DNA of 45,811 nucleotides from Gemmatimonadota bacterium (lineage in GTDB: Bacteria > Gemmatimonadota > Gemmatimonadetes > Palauibacterales > KS3-K002), in contig JACQVD010000083.1 of assembly GCA_016209945.1 (NCBI GenBank), forward strand, positions 1-45,811, in the 5' to 3' direction. This document shows, piece by piece, positions 11,146-19,330 of this stretch (within the stretch, counting starts at the first letter, position 1; every line of letters starts with the position of its first letter). A model generated the notes under the pieces. That model was given only the letters and a program-made list of their open reading frames with translations, was not told the origin of the DNA and did not search any database. Both the position numbers and the translations under genes were made by a program.

Positions 11146-12086
11146 AGGTCCTCTTCTTCGGGACCTCGGAGTTCGCCGTCCCGGTCCTGCGCGCCCTCTC
11201 GGAAGAGGGGCACGAGATCGTCGCCGTGGTCACACAACCCGACCGGCCGGCGGGCCGCGGGCGACAGCGCCAGTCGAGCCCGGTCAAGAAAGCGGCGGAG
11301 GCGGAGGGGATTCCGGTGCTCCAGCCGGGTACGCCCCGGGGGCCGGAGTTCTTGGAGGCGATCCGCGCCCGCGAGCCGGGGGTTTCCGTCGTCGCCGCCT
11401 ACGGCGAGATCCTCCCGGGCGAGGTCCTGGACGTCGCCCGGCATGGGTCGCTGAACGTGCACGCATCGCTGCTCCCGGAGCTTCGCGGTGCCGCGCCCGT
11501 GCCGTGGGCGATCATCCGGGGGTGCACGCGCACCGGCGTCACCATCATGCGAATGGTCGAGCGGCTGGACGCGGGCCCGATCCTCTACCAAGTGCCCGTC
11601 GAGATGGGGCCCGACGCGACGGCCGGCGAGCTCGGCGAGCAGCTGGCCGAGCTCGGCGCGTCGGCGCTCATCGAGGGGCTGAGCCTCCTTGAGGCGGGCA
11701 AGCTGCGAGAGGTGCCACAGGACGAGTCGCGTGCGACGTACGCGCCCAAGCTGAGCCCGGAGATCGCGCGTCTCGACTGGGCGAAGCCCGCGGAGGAGCT
11801 CGCGCGGTGGATCCGGGGGTGCGATCCCGTGCCCGGGGCGTGGACGGAACTGGACGGCGCGCGCGTCAAGCTCTTCCGGCCCGAAGCGTTGAGCGGGGTC
11901 ACGCAGGCGGCGATCGATGCCGCGCCGGGCGCGGTCGTGGAGGCGGACCCGGTGGGCGGGCTCATCGCGGCGACGGGCCGGGGGCTCCTGCGCAGCCGGG
12001 AGGTGCAGCCCGAGGGCCGGCGACGCATGGAATCGGCGGCATGGATCCGCGGGCGCGGGGTTCGGGTCGGGGACCGGTTCCGCTGA
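11142..12086 (+). CDS. fmt: Methionyl-tRNA formyltransferase
   Basis: VKVLFFGTSEFAVPVLRAL...VVTQPDRPAGRG; SLNVHASLLPELRGAAP. GTG 11142 overlaps the def stop (GTGA). The track start at 11109 would overlap def by 37 nt. Confidence 0.9.
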   Translation: MKVLFFGTSEFAVPVLRALSEEGHEIVAVVTQPDRPAGRGRQRQSSPVKKAAEAEGIPVLQPGTPRGPEFLEAIRAREPGVSVVAAYGEILPGEVLDVARHGSLNVHASLLPELRGAAPVPWAIIRGCTRTGVTIMRMVERLDAGPILYQVPVEMGPDATAGELGEQLAELGASALIEGLSLLEAGKLREVPQDESRATYAPKLSPEIARLDWAKPAEELARWIRGCDPVPGAWTELDGARVKLFRPEALSGVTQAAIDAAPGAVVEADPVGGLIAATGRGLLRSREVQPEGRRRMESAAWIRGRGVRVGDRFR

Positions 12087-12718
12087 GACCGCCCCTCCAG
12101 CCGCTGCACCTGGTGACGGACGACGCGGTGGTGACGATGTCCGACTTTTTGGCCAGGGCGGCGGCGGCGATCGAGGCGGGCGGCGCGCGCGTTGCCGTGC
12201 ACCTCAGGGCGCACGGTCACCCGGGACGCCGGATCTACGAGTGGGCGCGCGCACTCCGAGGTCTCTGCGATCGTCACGGCGCGTCTTTGTGGATCAATGA
12301 CCGCGTGGACGTCGCCCTGGCCGTCCGGGCCGACGGGATCCAGGTTGGCCGCCGCGGGTTGCCGATCCGGGACGTGCGGTCGCTCGTGGGGACCGCTCCG
12401 CGGATCGGCTACTCCGCGCACTCTGTGGGAGAAGCCCGCGAAGCCGTCGCGGAAGGCGCGGACGCGGTCATCCTCGGGCCGGTGTATCGCTCGGCTTCGC
12501 ATCCCGGTGAGCGGGGACTGGGGCCGGGGATCCTGCGCGAGGCGTCCGCGATACCTCTCCCGGTCCTCGCGATCGGGGGTATAAGCTCGGCGCGGGTGCG
12601 GGAGGTGAGGAGCGAGGGCGCTGCTGGTGTTGCGGTTCTGCGCGGCGTCTGGGAGGGTGCGGCGGAAGAGAGCGGGCGCCGCGTGGCCTCGTACCTGGAG
12701 GCATGGGACACGGGATGA
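12041..12718 (+). CDS. thiE: Thiamine phosphate synthase
   Basis: LHLVTDD...; LRAHG.....YEWA..L..LC...GASLWINDRVDVALAV.ADGIQVG; AIGGI....V.EV...GAAGVAV. The start is uncertain. ATG 12041 is the last in-frame ATG before the conserved LHLVTDD, and it overlaps the fmt 3' end by 46 nt. Confidence 0.8.
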   Translation: MDPRARGSGRGPVPLRPPLQPLHLVTDDAVVTMSDFLARAAAAIEAGGARVAVHLRAHGHPGRRIYEWARALRGLCDRHGASLWINDRVDVALAVRADGIQVGRRGLPIRDVRSLVGTAPRIGYSAHSVGEAREAVAEGADAVILGPVYRSASHPGERGLGPGILREASAIPLPVLAIGGISSARVREVRSEGAAGVAVLRGVWEGAAEESGRRVASYLEAWDTG

Positions 12719-12930
12719 GTGCCACCGCGCTCGAGATCACGCTGAACGGCGAGCGGCGCGAGGTGCCGGAAGGATTGAGCATCGCCGGGCTCCTCGCACA
12801 TCTGGGGCTGGACGAGCGAGTGATCGTCGTGGAGCACAACGGCGAGATCCTGCGGCGGCCCCGGTACCGCGAGGTGACGCTCGCGGCCGGCGATGTGGTG
12901 GAACTCGTGCACTTTGTTGGTGGAGGCTAG
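12715..12930 (+). CDS. thiS: Sulfur carrier protein ThiS
   Basis: About 71 aa with a ubiquitin-like fold pattern (ITLNGE..EV.....I..LL..L......V.VE.NGEI). It ends in the obligatory C-terminal GG. ATG 12715 overlaps the thiE stop (ATGA). Confidence 0.9.
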   Translation: MSATALEITLNGERREVPEGLSIAGLLAHLGLDERVIVVEHNGEILRRPRYREVTLAAGDVVELVHFVGGG

Positions 12931-12931
12931 C

Positions 12932-13807
12932 ATGACCACGTTTGCGGAAACGCTCGCGCAGCTCGACGAGCCGCTGAGCATCGCCGGGCGCGCGTTCCGG
13001 TCGAGACTCATCGCCGGGACTGGGAAGTACAGGGACCCGGACATCATGGTCAGGGCGATCGAGGCGTCCGGCGCCGAGATGGTCACCGTGGCGGTCCGGC
13101 GGATCGATCTCAACCGGCCGCGGGAGGAAGGGATTCTGTACCATCTCGATCCCGATCGGTACTTCATCCTTCCGAACACGGCAGCGTGCTACACCGCGGA
13201 AGAGGCGGTCCGCTACGCGCGGCTCGGCCGGGCCGCGGGCCTGAACGACTGGATTAAGCTCGAAGTGATCGGCGAGCGGGAGACGCTGCTCCCCGACGTG
13301 GAGGGCCTGGTGAAGGCCGGCGCCGAGCTCGTCCGCGACGGCTTCACGGTGCTGGCGTACACGAACGACGATCTCGTGACCGCGCTCAGGCTGGAGGACG
13401 AGGGCTGCGCGGCCGTCATGCCGCTCGCCTCGCCCATCGGCAGCGGGCTCGGGCTCTTAAACCCATTCACGATTCGGCTCATCAAATCGCGCCTCTCCGT
13501 GCCGATCATCGTGGATGCGGGCGTCGGAACGGCGTCCGACGCCTGCGTCACCATGGAGCAGGGGGTCGATGGGATCCTCATGAACACGGCTTTGGCCGAG
13601 GCGAAGGATCCCGTCCGCATGGCACGTGCGATGCGGCTGGCCACGGAGGCGGGGCGGCTGGCCTACCTCGCCGGCCGCATGCCGAGGCGCGAGTACGCGG
13701 TGCCTTCGAGCCCGGAAGGGGGGATGCTCGGGCCGCGGGGGGAGCGCGGGGAGCGCGGGGAGCGCGGGGAGCGTCCCGGGGAGCCGCGGGAGGGCCCGCG
13801 CTCGTAG
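12932..13807 (+). CDS. thiG: Thiazole synthase ThiG with a roughly 25-aa repeat-encoded C-terminal tail
   Basis: IAGRAFRSRLIAGTGKY; TVAVRR; LPNTAACYTAEEAV; WIKLEVIG....LLPD; MPLASPIGSG.G; PIIVDAGVGTASDA; GVDGILMNTA. The tail reads GPRGERGERGERGERPGEPREGPRS. Confidence 0.93.
   Translation: MTTFAETLAQLDEPLSIAGRAFRSRLIAGTGKYRDPDIMVRAIEASGAEMVTVAVRRIDLNRPREEGILYHLDPDRYFILPNTAACYTAEEAVRYARLGRAAGLNDWIKLEVIGERETLLPDVEGLVKAGAELVRDGFTVLAYTNDDLVTALRLEDEGCAAVMPLASPIGSGLGLLNPFTIRLIKSRLSVPIIVDAGVGTASDACVTMEQGVDGILMNTALAEAKDPVRMARAMRLATEAGRLAYLAGRMPRREYAVPSSPEGGMLGPRGERGERGERGERPGEPREGPRS
13739..13774 (+). repeat. In-frame 9-nt tandem repeat (GGGGAGCGC x4) at the 3' end of thiG, encoding (GER)4
   Basis: Read directly: ggggagcgc ggggagcgc ggggagcgc ggggagcgt. 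This gives four G4 tracts separated by 5-nt loops on the + strand. Confidence 0.95.
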
Positions 13808-13860
13808 CCACCCGTGGGGTAAGTCCGGCACGAGCGGCGGCGCTTCGCGTTCTCCGGGCG

Positions 13861-15126
13861 GTGCGCGGGGGGGCGTTCGCCGATCACGCCCTGGACCGCG
13901 CAGGTGCGCGGCTGAGCGAGAGGGACCGGCGGCTGGCCCAGGAGCTGGCCTACGGCGTCCTTCGCCTGCGCGGCCGGCTGGACGCCCTGCTGAGCACGCG
14001 CGTGCACCGCGGGCTTGAGCGCCTGGACCCGGACGTGCTCGATGTGCTTCGCCTCGCGCTCTATCAACTCCTGGAGCTGGATCGCGTGCCGGCGTACGCC
14101 GTCGTCGATGACGCCGTGGAGATGGCGCGGAAGGTCGGCGGCGCAGGGGCGGCCGGTCTCGTGAACGCCGTGCTGCGAGGTGTGATCCGCGATGGCGCGC
14201 ATCCCGAGCCGGCACCGGACCTGGAGCGGGATCCCGCGGCGTACCTCTCCACCTGGGGTTCCCATCCCCGCTGGCTCATCGAGCGCTGGCTTCAGCGCTG
14301 GGACGCCGAAGAGGTTCGAGCGCTCGTCGAGGCGAACAACCGGCGGCCCTCCGTCTACCTCGCGCCCGTCGGGATCACGAGCGGGGAATGCATTCAGAGG
14401 CTGCGAGAGGCCGGGTGCTCCGCGAGGCCGGGACCGCTCGCCCGTGACATCGTGGAGATCGATCCGGGCGACCTCACGAGTGCGCTCGCGACCGTCCCGG
14501 CCGCCGTTCAGGATCCCGCGGCCGCGCTCGTCGTGGACTACGCGGAGCTGCCCCAGCGTGCGCGCACGGCCGACCTGTGTGCGGCGCCGGGCGGCAAGGC
14601 GTTCAGGATCGCGGCATCGGGGTGTCGTGTCGTCGCGTGCGATCGCTCGCGTCGGCGCCTTGGGCAGCTGTCCGAGAACCTGAGCCGCTTTCCCACGGCC
14701 TGCGTGAGCCTCGTCCGTTCGGATGCCGCGCATCCTCCCCTCCGTCATGTGGATGCGGTGCTGCTCGATGTGCCGTGCACGGGCACGGGGACCCTCCGAC
14801 GCCGGCCTGACGCCCGTTGGAGGCTCTCGCCCGGCGACCTGGAGAAGCTGGTCGCCCTGCAACGCGAGCTCCTGGCCGCGGGCGCGGGGATCGTGCGTGC
14901 CGGCGGCCTCCTCGTCTACGCGACGTGCTCGCTCGAGCGCGAGGAGAACGAGGAGCAGGTCGCCGAGTTCCTCAGCGAGCGACCGGAGTACACGCTGGAG
15001 CCGCCCAGCGGCCCGTTTCCCGAGGGAACCCTGACAGGCCGGGGCGAGCTCTACGTGCTCCCGCAGCGATGCGGGACGGACGGCGCGTACGCGGCCCGGC
15101 TTCGCAGGCGCGGTGCAGGAGACTAG
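13861..15126 (+). CDS. rsmB: 16S rRNA (cytosine(967)-C5)-methyltransferase RsmB (NusB-like N-domain plus SAM methyltransferase)
   Basis: DLCAAPGGKA; LLDVPCTGTGTLRRRPDARWR; LVYATCSLEREENEEQV. The first canonical start is GTG 13861, but RsmB-like sequence appears to continue upstream (see findings). Confidence 0.88.
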   Translation: MRGGAFADHALDRAGARLSERDRRLAQELAYGVLRLRGRLDALLSTRVHRGLERLDPDVLDVLRLALYQLLELDRVPAYAVVDDAVEMARKVGGAGAAGLVNAVLRGVIRDGAHPEPAPDLERDPAAYLSTWGSHPRWLIERWLQRWDAEEVRALVEANNRRPSVYLAPVGITSGECIQRLREAGCSARPGPLARDIVEIDPGDLTSALATVPAAVQDPAAALVVDYAELPQRARTADLCAAPGGKAFRIAASGCRVVACDRSRRRLGQLSENLSRFPTACVSLVRSDAAHPPLRHVDAVLLDVPCTGTGTLRRRPDARWRLSPGDLEKLVALQRELLAAGAGIVRAGGLLVYATCSLEREENEEQVAEFLSERPEYTLEPPSGPFPEGTLTGRGELYVLPQRCGTDGAYAARLRRRGAGD

Positions 15127-15958
15127 AGCCGCCGGGGGGTCGCGCGGGGTCTGGCGCAGGCTGCGGGCCACGCTCACATCCCGGCGCAAGGCGCTCCTGC
15201 TGGCGCTCGGGACCTCGATGGTAGGACTGCTCGTGGGGTACTCGGTCAGCGTCTTCGTTCTTTTCCCGGGTGAGCGGATCCCCGGCGGCCTCGTACCGGT
15301 TCCCGATCTCACGGGCCGCGAGCGCGAGGAAGCGCGCCGCTTGGTCGAGGAGCGGGGACTCTTGTATGTGGAAACGGATACGCTTCACCACCCGTCGGTG
15401 CCGGCCGGGCGGGTCGTCGCCCAGGATCCGCTCGCGGACCAGTGGGCGGTGGGCGGCGCGGAGGTTCGGGTCACGGTCAGTCTCGGACCTGCACGGCGGC
15501 CGCTGCCAAACGTGGTGGGGCTCAGGCACGAGGTCGCGACCCTTGCCCTTTCACAGGCGGGATTCGAGGCTGTGCTGAGCTGGGTGGACGCCCAAGCCGC
15601 GGTCGGAGAGGTGGTCGGCACGCGGCCTGCGCCGGGAACGCCGCTGGAACTCCCGGCCGAGGTGACGGTACTCGTGAGCGCCGGCCCCGAGCAGGTGGTG
15701 GTGCCGGACCTCGTGGGCCGCTCCCTGGCCGAGGCGCGCTCGGCCCTGCAACGGCTGGGCCTTCGGCTCGGTCGCGTCATGACGGATCCGGGTTCGGACG
15801 CGGCTCCGGGAACCGTGCTGGCGCAGACCCCGCTTCCCGGGACGGGCGCGTCCCGGGGCGACTCGATCTCGCTCGCCGTGGCCGCGGCGCGTGAGGGGGA
15901 GGGGAGCGCGGAAGACTCCGTCGCGAATGATCGCGGCGATCTCGAAGAGGGAACTTGA
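15113..15958 (+). CDS. Membrane-anchored protein with three PASTA domains and no kinase or PBP domain
   Basis: There is one N-terminal TM segment (LLLALGTSMVGLLVGYSVSVFVLF). Three modules of about 65 aa follow, each opening with (V/L)P(D/N)(L/V)xG: VPDLTGRER.., LPNVVGLRH.., VPDLVGRSL... Start is GTG 15113. Confidence 0.75.
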   Translation: MQETRAAGGSRGVWRRLRATLTSRRKALLLALGTSMVGLLVGYSVSVFVLFPGERIPGGLVPVPDLTGREREEARRLVEERGLLYVETDTLHHPSVPAGRVVAQDPLADQWAVGGAEVRVTVSLGPARRPLPNVVGLRHEVATLALSQAGFEAVLSWVDAQAAVGEVVGTRPAPGTPLELPAEVTVLVSAGPEQVVVPDLVGRSLAEARSALQRLGLRLGRVMTDPGSDAAPGTVLAQTPLPGTGASRGDSISLAVAAAREGEGSAEDSVANDRGDLEEGT

Positions 15959-16491
15959 TGGCGCTGTCACCGCGGCATCTCATCGCGCCGGGTGTGGCGG
16001 TCGCCCTGCTGGGCTCCGCGCTGGCGTGGGCCGTCCTGCACACAAGGCCCGGCGTCGAGGTGGGTGACCGCGCGCCGGCCTACAGCGCGTGGACGCTGGA
16101 CGGCCGCGAGGTGGCGCTTGGCGATTTCCGCGGGCGTCCCGTCCTCCTGAACGTCTGGGCGACGTGGTGCGGGCCGTGCCGCGTGGAGATGCCGTCCATC
16201 CAGAGGCTGTACGACGCGTACCGCGACCGCGGGCTCGCCGTGCTCGCCGTGAGCGTGGATGTGGGCGGCGCCCGCGACGCGATCCGGGCGTACGTCGAAG
16301 AGCTGGGGCTCACGTTTCCGATCCTGCACGATCCCGGCGCGCGGGTGAGCGAGATCTTTCGGACGCGGGGCGTTCCGGAGACGCTGATCCTGGACGGCGA
16401 AGGCCGGATCGTGAAGCGGGTCTCGGGCGCCGCGCACTGGGATTCTCCGGGGAACCGGGCGCTCATGGAACACCTGCTCACGGGGCGCTAG
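15958..16491 (+). CDS. TlpA/ResA-family periplasmic thiol:disulfide oxidoreductase (thioredoxin fold)
   Basis: Signal or anchor segment, then LLNVWATWCGPCRVEMP (WCxxC active site) and ..VLAVSVD... ATG 15958 is in frame with the track start TTG 15955 and overlaps the upstream stop. Confidence 0.85.
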   Translation: MALSPRHLIAPGVAVALLGSALAWAVLHTRPGVEVGDRAPAYSAWTLDGREVALGDFRGRPVLLNVWATWCGPCRVEMPSIQRLYDAYRDRGLAVLAVSVDVGGARDAIRAYVEELGLTFPILHDPGARVSEIFRTRGVPETLILDGEGRIVKRVSGAAHWDSPGNRALMEHLLTGR

Positions 16492-16494
16492 GCG

Positions 16495-17427
16495 ATGGGC
16501 GATCTGCGCCTTGCGTGGCAGCGGAACTGGCCTTACATGCTCATCGCCTTCGCGCTCTCCGTCGCCCTCTGGTTCAGCATGAGCGTCGAGGCGCCCACGC
16601 AGCAGGCCGTTCCCGCGGATCTCGTGGTCGTCAACAAGGATGAGCGCTACGTGCTCGTGTCCACGCCGCCGGAACGTGCGGACATCACCGTTCGTGGGCG
16701 CAAACGCGACCTCCTGCGGCTCTGGTTCAACCGGCCGCGGCTCGTGTACACCGTGGACGTGGTGCGCTCCCGGGTGGATGAGGTCGAGCTCCGCCCGGAG
16801 TGGGTGGTGCTGGCCGAGGGCGTGAAAGCCGAAGTGCTGGACGTGAAGCCGGCGCGGCTCGAGTTGCGGTTCGAGCCGCTGCGCGAGCGGAGCGTCGCCA
16901 TCGGCGCGAGGCTGGAGGCGATCCCGGCCGAGGGGTACGCGCTGGCGGGCCCGGTGAAGATCGCGCCAGCGCGGATCCTCGTGCGGGGCCCCGAGAGCGG
17001 CGTCGCGAAGGTGGATTCGCTGTTCACCATGCCGTTGCGTCTCGAGGGGATCGACGCGACCGTCGTTCGCAATGTGCAGGTCGAGCTCCCCGATGATGTG
17101 GGCGGTTCTCTCGAACTGGCCGCGGCCACGGTTCGCGTCGAGGTGCCGGTCGAGCCCGCGGTGACGAGGGTGCTGCGCAACGTGCCGGTCCGGCTCGTCG
17201 GCCCCGGCGCCGCGCTCCTCCGGCCAAGCCCGTCACGGGTGAGCGTCACGCTGTGGGGCCCGGAGAGCGCCGTCTCCCGGGTCACGCCAGGAGATCTGGA
17301 GGCGCGGGTGCGCGTTCGGGGACGCGAGCAGGCGGGCGCCTGGCTGGCCGTGGAGGTGCGCGCCGAGAACCCCTATGTGGAGGCCGCGGTGACCGATTCC
17401 GTTCGGGTGCTGGCTCGGAGGTCATGA
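16495..17427 (+). CDS. YbbR (CdaR-like) domain-containing protein
   Basis: N-terminal TM segment (WPYMLIAFALSVALWF) followed by repeated YbbR-like beta modules (V.V.G....L..L......VDV.......V.L; P..V.V..E). No diadenylate cyclase gene is adjacent. Confidence 0.65.
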   Translation: MGDLRLAWQRNWPYMLIAFALSVALWFSMSVEAPTQQAVPADLVVVNKDERYVLVSTPPERADITVRGRKRDLLRLWFNRPRLVYTVDVVRSRVDEVELRPEWVVLAEGVKAEVLDVKPARLELRFEPLRERSVAIGARLEAIPAEGYALAGPVKIAPARILVRGPESGVAKVDSLFTMPLRLEGIDATVVRNVQVELPDDVGGSLELAAATVRVEVPVEPAVTRVLRNVPVRLVGPGAALLRPSPSRVSVTLWGPESAVSRVTPGDLEARVRVRGREQAGAWLAVEVRAENPYVEAAVTDSVRVLARRS

Positions 17428-18464
17428 GGGACTCGCTGGTCCTCGGCATCGAGACCTCCTGCGACGAGACCTCCGCAGCGGTTCTGCGCGGCGAGCGGGA
17501 GCTTCTGAGCCACATCATCGCCTCGCAGGACGTGCACGCGGTGTACGGCGGGGTCGTCCCGGAGATCGCGGCGCGGCAGCAGCTTCGCGACCTGAGCCCG
17601 GTCGTCCGGGCGGCACTCGTGGCGGGGGGCCTGGAGCTGCGCGATGTGGGTGCCATCGCGGTGACGGCGGGGCCGGGTCTCATCGGCTCGCTCCTAGTGG
17701 GAGTGAACTGGGCGAAGGGCGCCGCGTACGCGCTCGGTCTCCCGCTGGTCGCGGTCCACCATATGGAGGCGCATCTCTTCGCCCCGAACCTCGAGAGTCC
17801 GGACGCGGAGCCCCCCTTCGTCGGGCTTCTCGTCTCGGGCGGGCACACCCTCCTCGTGTTCGCCGCCGCGTGGCGCGCCTACCGGGTCCTGGGGCAGACG
17901 AGAGACGACGCCGCGGGCGAAGCGTTCGACAAGGTCGGACGCCTCCTGGGCCTACCCTATCCCGGCGGCCCCCAGATCGAGCGGCTGGCGCGCGAGGGCG
18001 ACCCGCGCCGGCACGCGTTCCCGGTTCCCATGGTCCGGGGCGACCAGCGGGCCTTCGATCCCGACTTCTACGATTTCTCGTTTAGCGGCTTGAAGACGGC
18101 GGTCCTCCTGCGGGTGCGCGCCCTGGAAGCGGAAGGTCGGCTGGCAGAGGAGCTGCCGCATCTGTGCGCGTCGTTCCAGGCGGCGGCGATCGAGTCGCTC
18201 GTCGTCAAGACCGTGCGCGCGGTCGAAGAGACCGGGGCCTCCCGGGTTGTGCTGGGCGGCGGGGTGGCGCGGAACCAGGCACTCGTGGACGCGTTGCGCG
18301 AGCGACTCGGGGCTGGCGTGGAGATCTTCGTTCCGAGCCCGCGCCTCGCCACCGACAACGCGGCCATGGTGGCGCGGGCAGGCGCATTTCACTGGCATCG
18401 AGGCGACGTGGCCGGCCTCGATCTCAACCCGGACCCGAACCTGCCTTTTCCGGGTCTCGCATAG
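17424..18464 (+). CDS. tsaD: tRNA N6-adenosine threonylcarbamoyltransferase TsaD
   Basis: LVLGIETSCDETSAAV; AVTAGPGLIGSLLVG...AK; VHHMEAH; LLVSGGHT; DEAFDKVGR.LGL.YPGGP; GGGVA.N..L. ATG 17424 overlaps the ybbR-like stop (ATGA). Confidence 0.93.
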   Translation: MRDSLVLGIETSCDETSAAVLRGERELLSHIIASQDVHAVYGGVVPEIAARQQLRDLSPVVRAALVAGGLELRDVGAIAVTAGPGLIGSLLVGVNWAKGAAYALGLPLVAVHHMEAHLFAPNLESPDAEPPFVGLLVSGGHTLLVFAAAWRAYRVLGQTRDDAAGEAFDKVGRLLGLPYPGGPQIERLAREGDPRRHAFPVPMVRGDQRAFDPDFYDFSFSGLKTAVLLRVRALEAEGRLAEELPHLCASFQAAAIESLVVKTVRAVEETGASRVVLGGGVARNQALVDALRERLGAGVEIFVPSPRLATDNAAMVARAGAFHWHRGDVAGLDLNPDPNLPFPGLA

Positions 18465-18478
18465 GGAGTGTCCGTCTC

Positions 18479-19303
18479 GTGTACCCTGAGCTCTTCCGGA
18501 TCGGCAACTTCGTCGTGACCTCGTTCGGGGTGATGCTTGCTCTGTCGTTCCTCGTGGCCGGCTGGGTGACCGGCGCCGAACTCCGGCGCAAGGGCCACAA
18601 CCCCGACATCGCCTGGGACCTCGTCGTGGGCGCCATCGTGGGTGGGATCCTGGGCGCCAAGCTGTACTACGTTCTCTTGAACTGGTCGGAGCTCCTGCGG
18701 GACCCCTGGGGGAGCATCAGCGCACGGGCCGGGCTCGTCTGGTACGGCGGGCTCCTGGGCGGCTCGCTCGGCGTGCTCTTCATGGTTTTCCGGCGCCGGC
18801 GCGCGCCGCTCGGGGACGTGGCCGACTCCGTCGCGCTGGCGCTGCCGCTGGCATATGCCGTCGGCCGGATCGGCTGCTTCCTCGTGGGCGACGACTACGG
18901 GCGTCCGACCGGGGGGTGGGTGGGGATCGCGTTTCCGGAGGGCGCGCCGCCGTCCACGGCGGGAAATCTCCGGCGCGCCTTCGGAGTGGACGTGGATGCT
19001 TCGATTCCCGACGCGCAGGTCCTCTCGGTTCATCCCACGCAGCTCTACGAGGTGGCGCTGAGCACGCTCGTCTTTTTCGTGCTCTGGCGCCTGCGGGGAA
19101 GGCCGCACACGGCGGGGAGCCTCTTCATGCTGTATCTCATCCTGGCGGGCCTCGAGCGCGCGGTCGTCGAGTTCTTCCGGGCGAAGGACGACCGGTTCTT
19201 CGGGCCGTTCACGCTGGCGCAGACGATCAGCGCGGCCCTCATTCTAGGCGGCCTCTACGGTCTCTCCCGGCTCCGGCAGACGGGTGCGCCACGGGCCGTG
19301 TAG
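18479..19303 (+). CDS. lgt: Prolipoprotein diacylglyceryl transferase
   Basis: The translation from in-frame GTG 18479 reads VYPELFRIGNFVVTSFGVM.. It continues ..GGILGAKLYYV.. GLVWYGGL.GG.. GRIGCFL.GD.YG.PT.. HPTQLYE. The upstream part of the 379-aa track ORF is a non-coding extension. Confidence 0.9.
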   Translation: MYPELFRIGNFVVTSFGVMLALSFLVAGWVTGAELRRKGHNPDIAWDLVVGAIVGGILGAKLYYVLLNWSELLRDPWGSISARAGLVWYGGLLGGSLGVLFMVFRRRRAPLGDVADSVALALPLAYAVGRIGCFLVGDDYGRPTGGWVGIAFPEGAPPSTAGNLRRAFGVDVDASIPDAQVLSVHPTQLYEVALSTLVFFVLWRLRGRPHTAGSLFMLYLILAGLERAVVEFFRAKDDRFFGPFTLAQTISAALILGGLYGLSRLRQTGAPRAV

Positions 19304-19330
19304 CACGCGGCCGCCGGCGCCGATGTCCCC

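Noticed and set aside
12055-12125. THI-box-like elements (GGGG...CUGAGA...CCCC, then ACCUGG) at the fmt/thiE junction.
   Set aside because: The CUGAGA is formed by the fmt stop codon context. The pyrophosphate-sensor half of a TPP riboswitch is absent. The conserved thiE N-terminus starts at about 12101, leaving no non-coding space.
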